This document shows, in pieces, positions 1 to 8,373 of a DNA stretch of 32,000 nt. Under the pieces are notes generated by a model. It did no database searches. It was not told where the DNA came from and was given only the letters and a program-made list of their open reading frames with translations. Source of the DNA: an uncultured Nitrososphaerota archaeon. GTDB lineage: Archaea > Korarchaeota > Korarchaeia > Korarchaeales > Korarchaeaceae. Where the stretch lies: positions 1-32,000 of the forward strand of contig CAYZRF010000009.1 of NCBI GenBank assembly GCA_964480775.1. Direction: 5' to 3'. Position 1 is the stretch's first letter. Each line of letters starts with the position of its first letter. The position numbers were made by a program, and so were the translations under genes.

Positions 1-361
1 AGACAGGAACGAATGTTGCTGTAGCAAGTCCATGATAGGCCCTTATGGCAGCTAGTTGGAAAGAGTTTCGTACGAATAAATAAAACAAAGGAGCAGTAGC
101 AAAAACAAAGCCGCCCGCCCTTAACAAGACCTTTCTCCCATATTTATCTGATAGAGATCCAGCGATCACGTTCGTAAATATTCCAACGAACGTGGATATT
201 GAGGCTATGAATCCGATTTCAGCTGTGTGTATGCCTAAGCTCTCAGCAAAAAGGGGAAGAGTGGGAGATTTGGACATAGTTGAACTTAGTATGGCAAAAA
301 AGCCAGCTATTGAGAGGGCGGTAAATAACCTTCTTGATCTAGAACTCAAATCCTCTTTCAC
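1..361 (-). CDS. MFS transporter, N-terminal part (gene runs off the left window edge)
   Basis: Absent from the ORF track because it has no stop in the window. Reverse-strand translation from GTG at 361-359 reads MKEDLSSRSRRLFTALSIAGFFAILSSTMSKSPTLPLFAESLGIHTAEIGFIASISTFVGIFTNVIAGSLSDKYGRKVLLRAGGFVFATAPLFYLFVRNSFQLAAIRAYHGLATATFVPV, open to base 2. It has hydrophobic helices and MFS motif A (G-x-L-S-D-K-x-G-R-K). A TAG lies 10 codons upstream of the GTG. Confidence 0.75.
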   Translation of the reverse strand, partial: MKEDLSSRSRRLFTALSIAGFFAILSSTMSKSPTLPLFAESLGIHTAEIGFIASISTFVGIFTNVIAGSLSDKYGRKVLLRAGGFVFATAPLFYLFVRNSFQLAAIRAYHGLATATFVPV

Positions 362-660
362 CTCTTTTATCAGAAATTCAATTCTTTCTAACTAATTGAT
401 ACCCTTTAACAGCTCTTTATTCTCTTCTTTGAGCCTTTTTGCTTTAAAGTTAGCATATTGAATTCCTTGATTAAATAAGTATTTGATGTCCTACCAACAT
501 TAACGAAACTTCCGATCATCAAATTCATGATGTGTCTGTTTATTTTGAACCATCTAAAATAAAATCTATTATTTCATTTTATAGAAACGAGACCTTATGC
601 TAGAGCTGCGAAACCATTAAAGAATTTCTTACCAAAATAAGTTGCCAAAGAGGAGAGGGA

Positions 661-963
661 ATGCCAGAACAGGAGGAAATCTCCTTCAAGAGAGAAGTTG
701 GCTGGCTAGGATCCTTTGCAATGGGAATATGCTAACGTTGGAGCAAATGAGTTAAGAAAGGAGGGTTTTAACACGAGAGCGAAGGTTGCAGTTGCCAGAG
801 ATGTAGCCGGTGCCATAGTAGAGGATGTAAAAGAAGGAGATTACAACTTGGTGGTTATGCTGAAGAGAAAGAGGGAAAGTTAAGGAGGTTGATCTTAAAG
901 GGAGTTAGTGAGAGGGTTGCATCTGTAGTAAGAGTTCCGGTCATTACTTTGTTGATGGAGTGA
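661..963 (+). pseudogene. Decayed amino-acid-permease/UspA-domain fusion gene (internal deletion plus frameshifts)
   Basis: ATG at 661 gives MPEQEEISFKREVGWLGSFAMGIC*, which resembles a permease N-terminus. A shifted frame continues YANVGANELRKEGFNTRAKVAVARDVAGAIVEDVKEGDYNLVVMLKRKRES*. A third frame continues KLRRLILKGVSERVASVVRVPVITLLME*. The last two together form the C-terminal half of a universal-stress-protein domain (D-x-I-V-M...G-S-V-S-E-x-V...P-V-l pattern). No transmembrane core lies between the pieces. Confidence 0.5.
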
Positions 964-1003
964 TTGTCAAACACCAAGCAAGCTTTGAGGGTTTGATCCC
1001 AAA

Positions 1004-2758
1004 CTATGCTGGGAACCACTCTATTTCCTTTGTTTTTTCAACATACGCAGATATTATGTCTGTCTTAGCGACAAATCCGACCAGTTTCTTTTTGTCTTTC
1101 CTATCCACAACTGGAAAATGGCTTCCTCTCCTTATGTCTATTCTCATTAGTGCTTCTCTTAATGTTTCCTCAGGATAGAGAGTTAGAGGATCTCTTATCA
1201 TAATTTTCTCCACGCTAATGTCCCAGAGGCCAGAAGTCATAGCATCATTTATCTCGTTATGAGTAACTAGGCCGATGAGCCTTCCTTTCTCATCTAAGAC
1301 TGGAAAGCCGTGGAACCCTTTCTTCTCCATAAGTTCATAAACTTCCTTTACTTTCATTTCTTTCGTTACAGTAACTAGATCATCTCCTTTCTTCATTATT
1401 TCTTTTATCAGCGTCATATCCAAAACATCTGGTGGCTTTTCTGGCTTCGCCTTTACTCCCTTTCTAATAAGCTTTTCGAGATATATGTTTCTACCAGAAA
1501 ATACGACTATGGCATCGCTTACAACGCAGGATAACAGTAGCGGTAGAATTATCTCATAGTCCCGGGTCATTTCAAAGAGTATTATTATTGAGGTCAAGGT
1601 AGCCCTACTTACTCCAGAGAAGAGGGCAGCCATACCTGCCAAGGCGTATGCACTCGAGCCAGCAGTTAAGTTTGGAAACAACAAGTTCATTACGTATCCA
1701 TATGCGCCTCCTAACATTCCGCCGATGAAGAGAGAAGGCGCAAAAACACCTCCAGAGCCCCCAGCCCCTAGAGTTATTGATGTAGCCAAAATCTTTGCGA
1801 AAACAAGCAGTATCATGAGTTTTAGTTCAAGTTTTTCCTCTATAACAGCTACTAATGCGTTCGTGAGAGGAGGTAGAAGATTTTCACCATAACCGACCCC
1901 TAAGACGTGGGGTAGAAATATTCCAACTATTCCAAGAATAAAACCACCTAGCGCAGGTATCAAATAAGGAGGAATTGCTTTTAGCTTTTCGAAAAAGTCT
2001 TCAAACCTATATAAAACATCTATTTCAAGTATTCCAACTAGACCAGCAATAACTCCAAGACCTAGATATAAAGGTAGTTCGCTGTAACTCCTCAAGGAAT
2101 AATTTAAAGGTCCTAGCGCCGGATAATCCCCTAGAAATCGTCTTGCAAGGGAAGTAGATGTTACTGTTGCTACAACTGCTGGTATAAATGATCTAGTCCT
2201 AAATTCTGCCAAGATAACTTCCATAGCAAAGAAAATGCCAGCTATCGGTGCGTTAAATGTTGCAGCTATTCCAGCGCCAGCACCACATGCCACCAAAACC
2301 CTAAGTTTTTCCGGAGAGATTCCAAGGATCTGTCCTATGGCGGAACCTGCAGACGCTCCTATTTGAGCTATGGGCCCCTCTCTCCCTGCAGAACCTCCAG
2401 ATCCTATGCATATGGCTGAAACTAATGGCTTAACTAACGCAACTCTCGGTCGGATCCTCCCTCCTCTTGTACGTACTGCTTCCATGATCTCTGGGACGCC
2501 ATGCCCCTTTGTTTCTGAGGCAGCAAGATATATGATTGGCCCTATAATTAGTCCGCCTATGGCTGGAGCAACTATATAGTAGCCTTTACCTAAGAACCCA
2601 AATATTCTCGGTCCCGCTCCGTAGAATATGTTTATGAAGAAATTGATTAGCCATCTGAAAAATATGGCTCCGATTCCAGATACAAGACCAACAAAAACAG
2701 CTAATAGAGTAAGAAAGAGATAGCTCTCCCTGAATCTCTGCAAGTCAATTGTTCTCAT
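1004..2758 (-). CDS. ClC-family voltage-gated chloride channel/antiporter with C-terminal tandem CBS domains
   Basis: 584-aa ORF with ATG start. ClC selectivity-filter blocks are present: GHGVPE, GREGPIAQIG, GGVFAPSLFIGG. About 10 hydrophobic helices are followed by a soluble ~130-aa tail with two CBS-like repeats (HGFPVLDEKGRLIGLVT; HFPVVDRKDKKKLVGFV). Confidence 0.92.
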   Translation of the reverse strand: MRTIDLQRFRESYLFLTLLAVFVGLVSGIGAIFFRWLINFFINIFYGAGPRIFGFLGKGYYIVAPAIGGLIIGPIIYLAASETKGHGVPEIMEAVRTRGGRIRPRVALVKPLVSAICIGSGGSAGREGPIAQIGASAGSAIGQILGISPEKLRVLVACGAGAGIAATFNAPIAGIFFAMEVILAEFRTRSFIPAVVATVTSTSLARRFLGDYPALGPLNYSLRSYSELPLYLGLGVIAGLVGILEIDVLYRFEDFFEKLKAIPPYLIPALGGFILGIVGIFLPHVLGVGYGENLLPPLTNALVAVIEEKLELKLMILLVFAKILATSITLGAGGSGGVFAPSLFIGGMLGGAYGYVMNLLFPNLTAGSSAYALAGMAALFSGVSRATLTSIIILFEMTRDYEIILPLLLSCVVSDAIVVFSGRNIYLEKLIRKGVKAKPEKPPDVLDMTLIKEIMKKGDDLVTVTKEMKVKEVYELMEKKGFHGFPVLDEKGRLIGLVTHNEINDAMTSGLWDISVEKIMIRDPLTLYPEETLREALMRIDIRRGSHFPVVDRKDKKKLVGFVAKTDIISAYVEKTKEIEWFPA

Positions 2759-2863
2759 TTTTTCATCTAAATCGCAAAATACTCAGAAGTAGGATAAAAT
2801 ATTTTTACTTTATACTAACTCACGAATGCCCAGCCCATTTTATATAATAACGCCCAAAGGTTT

Positions 2864-3259
2864 TTACAGTGTCTCAAAGGCAAACTCAGAAACAATTTTT
2901 GCGATTTTCTCTGATGCTCTCCTGAGTTCAAGCATGACAAGACCCATCTTAGCATTTTTGGGTAAAATTGCCATTACCATTACGTCTGGACCCGCCCCCA
3001 TAAGCATAGCATAGCCAGTTTCCCCTATTACTAGAACCCTTTCAACTCCTCCATGTCCAAACTCCATTGCTACTCTTTCTCCAATAGCTAGCATGGATGC
3101 ACTCATCGCACCAACTACTTCCTCTTCTGGCCCTTCTGATCTAAATTTGCTTGCTACTGGGAGACCATCCCTCGTCAATATTGCTACGCCAGAAACTTCT
3201 GGCACTTCACCTATGAAATCGTTCAGGATCTTTTCAAGTGCAATTCTTTTACTCATCAT
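2864..3259 (-). CDS. Roadblock/LC7 (MglB-like) domain protein
   Basis: 131-aa ORF. It shows the typical Roadblock pattern: L..F....PEV.GVAILTRDGLPVAS...... then ...AMSASMLAIGERVA...G......V.V.GE.GY. Confidence 0.75.
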   Translation of the reverse strand: MMSKRIALEKILNDFIGEVPEVSGVAILTRDGLPVASKFRSEGPEEEVVGAMSASMLAIGERVAMEFGHGGVERVLVIGETGYAMLMGAGPDVMVMAILPKNAKMGLVMLELRRASEKIAKIVSEFAFETL

Positions 3260-3363
3260 AACACAGAATTTTGGAACTCAATAATCCATAAATCTTATGA
3301 GTGAATGAACCTAGTACTTCTTGAATTAGTTCCAGCATAGTAGTCCTAAGGAGTGGTTTTAGC

Positions 3364-4551
3364 TTGAATAAACTGAAACAAGAGCCGCTGAAGGATTTAG
3401 CATTGATTCCATGGTTTTTAAGATCGTATCTTTTGATTCCTAGTATTTATCTTGTGTACTTATCCATTGGTATTTTAGCTAGGTTCGTACCTCCACTATC
3501 AAAACTTCTTTCAAAGATGTTCCCCAGCTTCTGGTTTCCATCAGTAATCATCTGTTTTTTATCTATTTTTGTTTTGTATGTGTCTGGGAAGAGTTTATTT
3601 CCATTAAAAAGGGAGTTCAGATGGATAATACTGTTTTTTTCAATTCTATTGGATTCTCTCGGAAGCTTAGGTATCTCTGAATTTCTAGGCGTCATAGCCC
3701 AGATTGTAATAGTTCTTACGGTAGCAAAGTTCTGGAGATATGAAAGAAGCTTGCTTTGTGGAGCCCTGATAGGTTCTACAGTTTCATTCCTGTTTCTGAT
3801 TATAGGAGGAGTGCCTCTTCTTAATCCTAGATTAAGAGTCTCGATATCCTCTTCTCCTCTTAGAGCTAGCTTCCAAGTCAGTTCAATTTTTGCTGCGGCT
3901 TATTCCTCTTCTAAGTATGGAAAAAGAGGTCTTTATGTTCTTTTTCCTCTTTCTATCATGGCTATATTGCTAGGCTATAAAGGAAATCTGGCATCAATTG
4001 TGATAGCTGCACTCATTGCAGGAATGATATCTTCAGAAGTAAAAATCAAGGAAGCTCTTTCCATTTCTACAATTCTTGCTCTAATCCTGTTCTTTGTAGG
4101 AACCTTCGTAGCAAGGCTAAACTATGGATCCTGGATGGTTCCCTGGTTTCTTTACCTTGTATATAGGGCAGGATTGACCGTCCATGTCTTTCAGGAGGTA
4201 GCAAAAGCATCAGTTCCCTTTGGATTGACTCGTGGTTGGGCTATGCTTGATCCGACTAAAAAGGTCATAGCCGATATCATAGGTACGCCGAGGAATGTAG
4301 GGATAACAGCCACTCTTATAGGACCAGCTACACTAGATTTTGGCGTTTTAGGTGCGGTTTCTCTTTCGATTCTTTTAGGAATCTATATGAGAGCAATGCA
4401 CCCCTCAAGAAAATCTAACATTCAGGTTGCCTTGTATTCGGCATCTCTATCGAGAATCGTAACACTTATTGATATAGGCGTTAGTTTTGTGGATCTATCC
4501 TTTTTTCTCTCTCTCCTCTATTTGTCTCTGGAGTCAAGAGAAGAATCTTGA
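3364..4551 (+). CDS. Polytopic integral membrane protein, function unknown
   Basis: 395-aa ORF with roughly 10-11 hydrophobic segments. No catalytic motif recognised. The ORF-track start is TTG, so the start is uncertain. Confidence 0.55.
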   Translation: MNKLKQEPLKDLALIPWFLRSYLLIPSIYLVYLSIGILARFVPPLSKLLSKMFPSFWFPSVIICFLSIFVLYVSGKSLFPLKREFRWIILFFSILLDSLGSLGISEFLGVIAQIVIVLTVAKFWRYERSLLCGALIGSTVSFLFLIIGGVPLLNPRLRVSISSSPLRASFQVSSIFAAAYSSSKYGKRGLYVLFPLSIMAILLGYKGNLASIVIAALIAGMISSEVKIKEALSISTILALILFFVGTFVARLNYGSWMVPWFLYLVYRAGLTVHVFQEVAKASVPFGLTRGWAMLDPTKKVIADIIGTPRNVGITATLIGPATLDFGVLGAVSLSILLGIYMRAMHPSRKSNIQVALYSASLSRIVTLIDIGVSFVDLSFFLSLLYLSLESREES

Positions 4552-4598
4552 GAGCTTTACCTTTTTAGAATTGAAAGATGTTACTTTCAAGATGAAAA

Positions 4599-5348
4599 AT
4601 GGGGATTCAACCATATATAATGTGTGGGCCAGGGGATGTTGCGAAATATGTTCTTCTTCCAGGAGATCCCAAGAGAGCTGAGAAGATAGCTAAGTTTTTT
4701 GATGAATACAGGTTAGTAGCGGAATATAGGCAGTACGTCACTTTCTCAGGGACTTACAAGGGAATATCTGTTTCGGTTACTTCAACGGGAATCGGGTGTC
4801 CTGCCGCAGCTATTGCTGTTGAGGAGCTAGCTAGAATAGGCGCGAAGTATTTCATAAGAGTAGGAACTACGGGCGCCATACAACCAGAAATAGAGATAGG
4901 AGACATTATAGTTGCTACAGCCGCTGTTAGAGCAGATGGAACAACAAGAGCGTATGTTCCATTGGAGTATCCGGCAGTAGCGAACTCTGAAGTCGTTAAT
5001 TCTCTCTTAATTGCTGCAGAAAGACAAGGCATTGATGTAAGATCTGGAATAATACTGACTGGAGACGCCTTTTATGCTGAGGACTTAAACGCTATGAAGA
5101 TGTGGGGTACATCAGGTGTGCTTTCAGTAGAAATGGAAGCGGCAGCCATATTTGTCTTATCTCAGATAAAAGGGCTGAAGGCTGGAGCCATTTTAGCTGT
5201 AGATGGAAACATAATAAAAGGAACAAAGAAAGGTGAATTTAAGAGAGGAGAGAAAAAAGGTGAATTAGATCCAAGAGTTCAGAAAGCTATTGAACTTGAG
5301 ACTAAGATAGCACTTGAAGCTATAAGAATTCTGGAGGAAAAGACCTAA
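4599..5348 (+). CDS. Nucleoside phosphorylase, PNP/UDP family (uridine or purine nucleoside phosphorylase)
   Basis: 249-aa ORF with ATG start. Family blocks present: GDVAKYVLLPGDPKRA, TYKGISVSVTSTGIGCPAAAIAVEEL, FIRVGTTGAIQ, VEMEAAAIF. It is a paralogue of the ORF at 29154-29936. Confidence 0.88.
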   Translation: MGIQPYIMCGPGDVAKYVLLPGDPKRAEKIAKFFDEYRLVAEYRQYVTFSGTYKGISVSVTSTGIGCPAAAIAVEELARIGAKYFIRVGTTGAIQPEIEIGDIIVATAAVRADGTTRAYVPLEYPAVANSEVVNSLLIAAERQGIDVRSGIILTGDAFYAEDLNAMKMWGTSGVLSVEMEAAAIFVLSQIKGLKAGAILAVDGNIIKGTKKGEFKRGEKKGELDPRVQKAIELETKIALEAIRILEEKT

Positions 5349-5349
5349 A

Positions 5350-5778
5350 CTACACCTCGAGAGGAAGGGAAACCAAAACAGAGGACGCAACTCCTCTAAA
5401 CCTCTCGAATATTTGGGCTGCCCGTCTTGCACCTATCAGAATCCTTTCATACAATTCTTCAACAGTCAAACCAGCCATCTCTGCCTTCTCTCTATTTAGA
5501 TCATAGGGTCCTCTTATCCACAAAGATATCATTGTCCCGAAATTTCCAAGCCTTATATGCGGCAAACCTAGGACATCAGCGTTCTCACAAGGGAAAAGTG
5601 CGTGTCCCTCTGCTCTCCTTGATGGAATGAAGCCAACTGCCGTTAATTCATGAAGGATCTCCTCATAGAGTCTAGACGCAGGTTCCCCCGAAATCGAGGC
5701 AACGAGTTGGATCTGAGCCAATCTATCTCGCATATCTTGAATTCCTGGCATGATTACCATTATGTATAAACTTATCAC
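5350..5778 (-). CDS. Hypothetical protein
   Basis: 142-aa ORF with balanced composition and no recognisable motif. The ORF-track start is GTG at 5778. In-frame ATGs at 5760, 5751 and 5733 are alternative starts, and a TTTATACATAA box overlaps the first codons. Confidence 0.45.
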   Translation of the reverse strand: MISLYIMVIMPGIQDMRDRLAQIQLVASISGEPASRLYEEILHELTAVGFIPSRRAEGHALFPCENADVLGLPHIRLGNFGTMISLWIRGPYDLNREKAEMAGLTVEELYERILIGARRAAQIFERFRGVASSVLVSLPLEV

Positions 5779-5839
5779 ATTAATAGCTCTTTCCCTACTA
5801 ACAAAAGTCTAAGAATGGAAATGCTGGAAGTGGTGAACT

Positions 5840-6646
5840 TTGAAGAGACTTAAGCGTCAGTTCGAAGCTTATTCAGGGATCATTTTGGACTTAGATGGAG
5901 TAATTTGGGTGGGGAAAAGACCAATTTTAGAGGCTGTTGAAGCTGTCAAGGAACTAAGAACTTACGGAAAAAAGGTGCTTTTTGTCACAAATAATTCAAC
6001 AAGAAGCAGAAAGGACTATGAAAAAAGACTTAGAGATCTTGGTCTGAAGGTTAGCATAGAAGAAATTATGAACAGTGGTTATGCAACGGCCCTACTACTA
6101 AAGGAAAGGTATGGTGGCGGGAAAGCTTATGCCGTCGGTGAAAAAGGGCTCATTGAAGAGTTAGAGGGCCAAGGACTACGAGTTATCCATAAAGACGAAT
6201 GTTGGGAGAACGGCGCTGATTTCGTGGTAGTTGGCATGGATAGAAGTTTCGATTACTGGAAAATAGCAACAGCCATGAGAGCTATAAGACAAGGAGCTCT
6301 TTTCATAGCAACAAACGCTGACAAGACTTTTCCAAGTGAGAAAGGATTATTACCAGGAGCTGGCACCATGGTCGCTGCAATATCCACTGCATCAGGAAAA
6401 GAGCCAGACATCGTGGTTGGTAAGCCCAGCAGGCACATTTTTGAGATGGCTATCAGAAAGTTGAACTTGAGGAAAGAAGAGACTTTAGTAATAGGAGATA
6501 GGATCGATACTGACATAGAAGGAGCCCATAAGGCTGGAATCAAATCTTTGCTCATCTTAACAGGAGTAACAAGTAGAGAAGAGGTTGAAAAATCAAAGAT
6601 AAAGCCTGATTTCATTCTGAATTCAATGAAAGAACTCTTTGTTTGA
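5840..6646 (+). CDS. HAD-superfamily hydrolase, subfamily IIA (NagD/phosphoglycolate-phosphatase-like sugar phosphatase)
   Basis: 268-aa ORF. HAD motif I is LDLDGVIW, motif II is FVTNNS, and motif III/IV is GKP...VIGDRIDTDIEGAHKAG. TTG start in the track. Confidence 0.88.
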   Translation: MKRLKRQFEAYSGIILDLDGVIWVGKRPILEAVEAVKELRTYGKKVLFVTNNSTRSRKDYEKRLRDLGLKVSIEEIMNSGYATALLLKERYGGGKAYAVGEKGLIEELEGQGLRVIHKDECWENGADFVVVGMDRSFDYWKIATAMRAIRQGALFIATNADKTFPSEKGLLPGAGTMVAAISTASGKEPDIVVGKPSRHIFEMAIRKLNLRKEETLVIGDRIDTDIEGAHKAGIKSLLILTGVTSREEVEKSKIKPDFILNSMKELFV

Positions 6647-6656
6647 AACTAACTTA

Positions 6657-7394
6657 CTACTCCCAATAAAGCAAGCTTTTCTTTCTACTAACTTTAATTT
6701 CTTTTGCCTCATCATAAGGAGTTGTAAACACCTCCACGATGTGTCTGGCTATCTTCTTTCCAATTCCTTTTACCTCTGCTAACTCCGCCAGATTTGCGTT
6801 TGCTACTCTTCTCAATGTTTTGAATCTCTCAATTATAGCTCTTGCCTTTACAATCCCGAGACCACGTATTGTACCAAGAACCTCAACTTGCTCATCTGCA
6901 AGCGTCTTACTCTTCTTTACTACTCTTAAACTAGGTTTAACCCCAGTTTCCATCTTTTTAGCAAGGAGATAAAGGGTTTTTGGTACAAGGTATTCGTCTG
7001 GAACCACTATCGTAGGAACTCCAGAAAGGGCTAGCTCGTTCTGTATTCCGAGGTAAACATTCCAAACTAAGCTTGGATCTCTTCCCATTGATCTAAACCT
7101 CCTCCACACCACTTTAGGATCTCCTGTTATCATTAGAGAGAAGGGCACCTCTTGGTGAGCCAAAGCGTCAAGTTGGTCGAAAAGCCTCTTAGATATCACG
7201 CTGTTCACTAGATCCAAAACGCTCTTTCTTTCGAGCAATAAAATGTGATCTCCCCCTTTCACCAAGAAGTCTCCCGCTTCTAACCATGAGATTTCTACTG
7301 TTACACCCATTTCTCTTATTTTTTCAGCCCATCCCTTTGACAGATTCTCCCTCTTGTCAACGAGTATTTTCATCGCTCTGTTTTCAATTACCAA
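6657..7394 (-). CDS. xpf: Short archaeal XPF/ERCC4-type structure-specific endonuclease (nuclease domain + HhH2)
   Basis: 245-aa ORF. ERCC4 active-site block GDFLV...LLLERKSVLDLVNSVISKRLFDQL is present. The C-terminal tandem helix-hairpin-helix is LGTIRGLGIVKARAII...LAEVKGIGKKIARHIVEVF. There is no helicase domain, which matches the crenarchaeal-type short form. Confidence 0.88.
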   Translation of the reverse strand: MVIENRAMKILVDKRENLSKGWAEKIREMGVTVEISWLEAGDFLVKGGDHILLLERKSVLDLVNSVISKRLFDQLDALAHQEVPFSLMITGDPKVVWRRFRSMGRDPSLVWNVYLGIQNELALSGVPTIVVPDEYLVPKTLYLLAKKMETGVKPSLRVVKKSKTLADEQVEVLGTIRGLGIVKARAIIERFKTLRRVANANLAELAEVKGIGKKIARHIVEVFTTPYDEAKEIKVSRKKSLLYWE

Positions 7395-7463
7395 TCACTC
7401 CAAATAACTCTTGATATACCAGTCTAGTCCTGTCAAGATAATTCCCAAAATTATATTCTGGGT

Positions 7464-8264
7464 TTGGCTATTATCATAGGTTCGGTGGTGGATTTGAGCA
7501 AAATCGTGTTCATTACAGCAATTTTCGGAGATATTTCCGTTGATGTCGATCATTTACTTCACGATCCTAGAGTTCAAGAGACTCTTTTGAGAATTGAGAG
7601 AGGAGAAGGGCAGGAATTAGAAGAAATCAACGGAGTTAAGGAGCTTAAAGAAATTGGTCTCATCGAAGAGAACTCGCTTAACTTTCCGCTGATTCTGAAG
7701 GAGAATTTCTCAGAAATGAACCCTGAAATTAGCTCACTAGCCAACGAGATAGCAGAGTTGGTTTATCATGGATTATCGGGGCTTGTTGGCAATTCTAAGA
7801 AATTGTTAAGCATTGCCGCACTAGGGGAACTGGATGTGACCTTGGATGATGTTCTCTTAGGAAGAATAAATGCCCTAGCAATCGATTCTGGGCAACTTAT
7901 TGTTTGTGGGTTTGAAGGAGCTGAGCCCATGGCTTATAGAAGTACATTTACCGATGTAGATGAAGGGCTCTCGTGCAAGATCGAGGTTGGAAAGCCCATG
8001 TCTGAGGTGAAATCTTCTTTAGATGCTAACTCACAAATCTTTGCTGGTAGTAGTTGGATGCTTGACCTAGCTGAAAGTATACTCGAGTGGTGCTTGCCAG
8101 AAGCAGAAACTTGGGCAGAAGACCTGAATTTTAAGGAGTTAAAGCTTGATATGTTCCTCTATGGTCTAATTAAGCTAGTTTACAACAGAGCCATGATGTT
8201 GCTCGGAAAGAAGGGAAAAATTCTCTGGGATGTAACTCTAAAGTATACTATCGTAGGACTATAA
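7464..8264 (+). CDS. Hypothetical acidic protein
   Basis: 266-aa ORF, E/D/L-rich, with no recognised motif. The TTG start in the track is uncertain. It is divergent from xpf across a 69-nt spacer. Confidence 0.45.
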   Translation: MAIIIGSVVDLSKIVFITAIFGDISVDVDHLLHDPRVQETLLRIERGEGQELEEINGVKELKEIGLIEENSLNFPLILKENFSEMNPEISSLANEIAELVYHGLSGLVGNSKKLLSIAALGELDVTLDDVLLGRINALAIDSGQLIVCGFEGAEPMAYRSTFTDVDEGLSCKIEVGKPMSEVKSSLDANSQIFAGSSWMLDLAESILEWCLPEAETWAEDLNFKELKLDMFLYGLIKLVYNRAMMLLGKKGKILWDVTLKYTIVGL

Positions 8265-8373
8265 AGGCCTCAGTCCGCCCATCATTCTTCATTGATCCGC
8301 TGAAGGAATTTTCATCACAGGCCACTTTAGATTTTAAGGAGGTTGGATAAAAGATTATGTTCCTAAAGATAAT

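Noticed and set aside
192-395. 67-aa plus-strand ORF in the ORF track
   Set aside because: It lies antisense to a clearly MFS-like reverse-strand reading frame (1-361) that carries motif A, and has no motif of its own.
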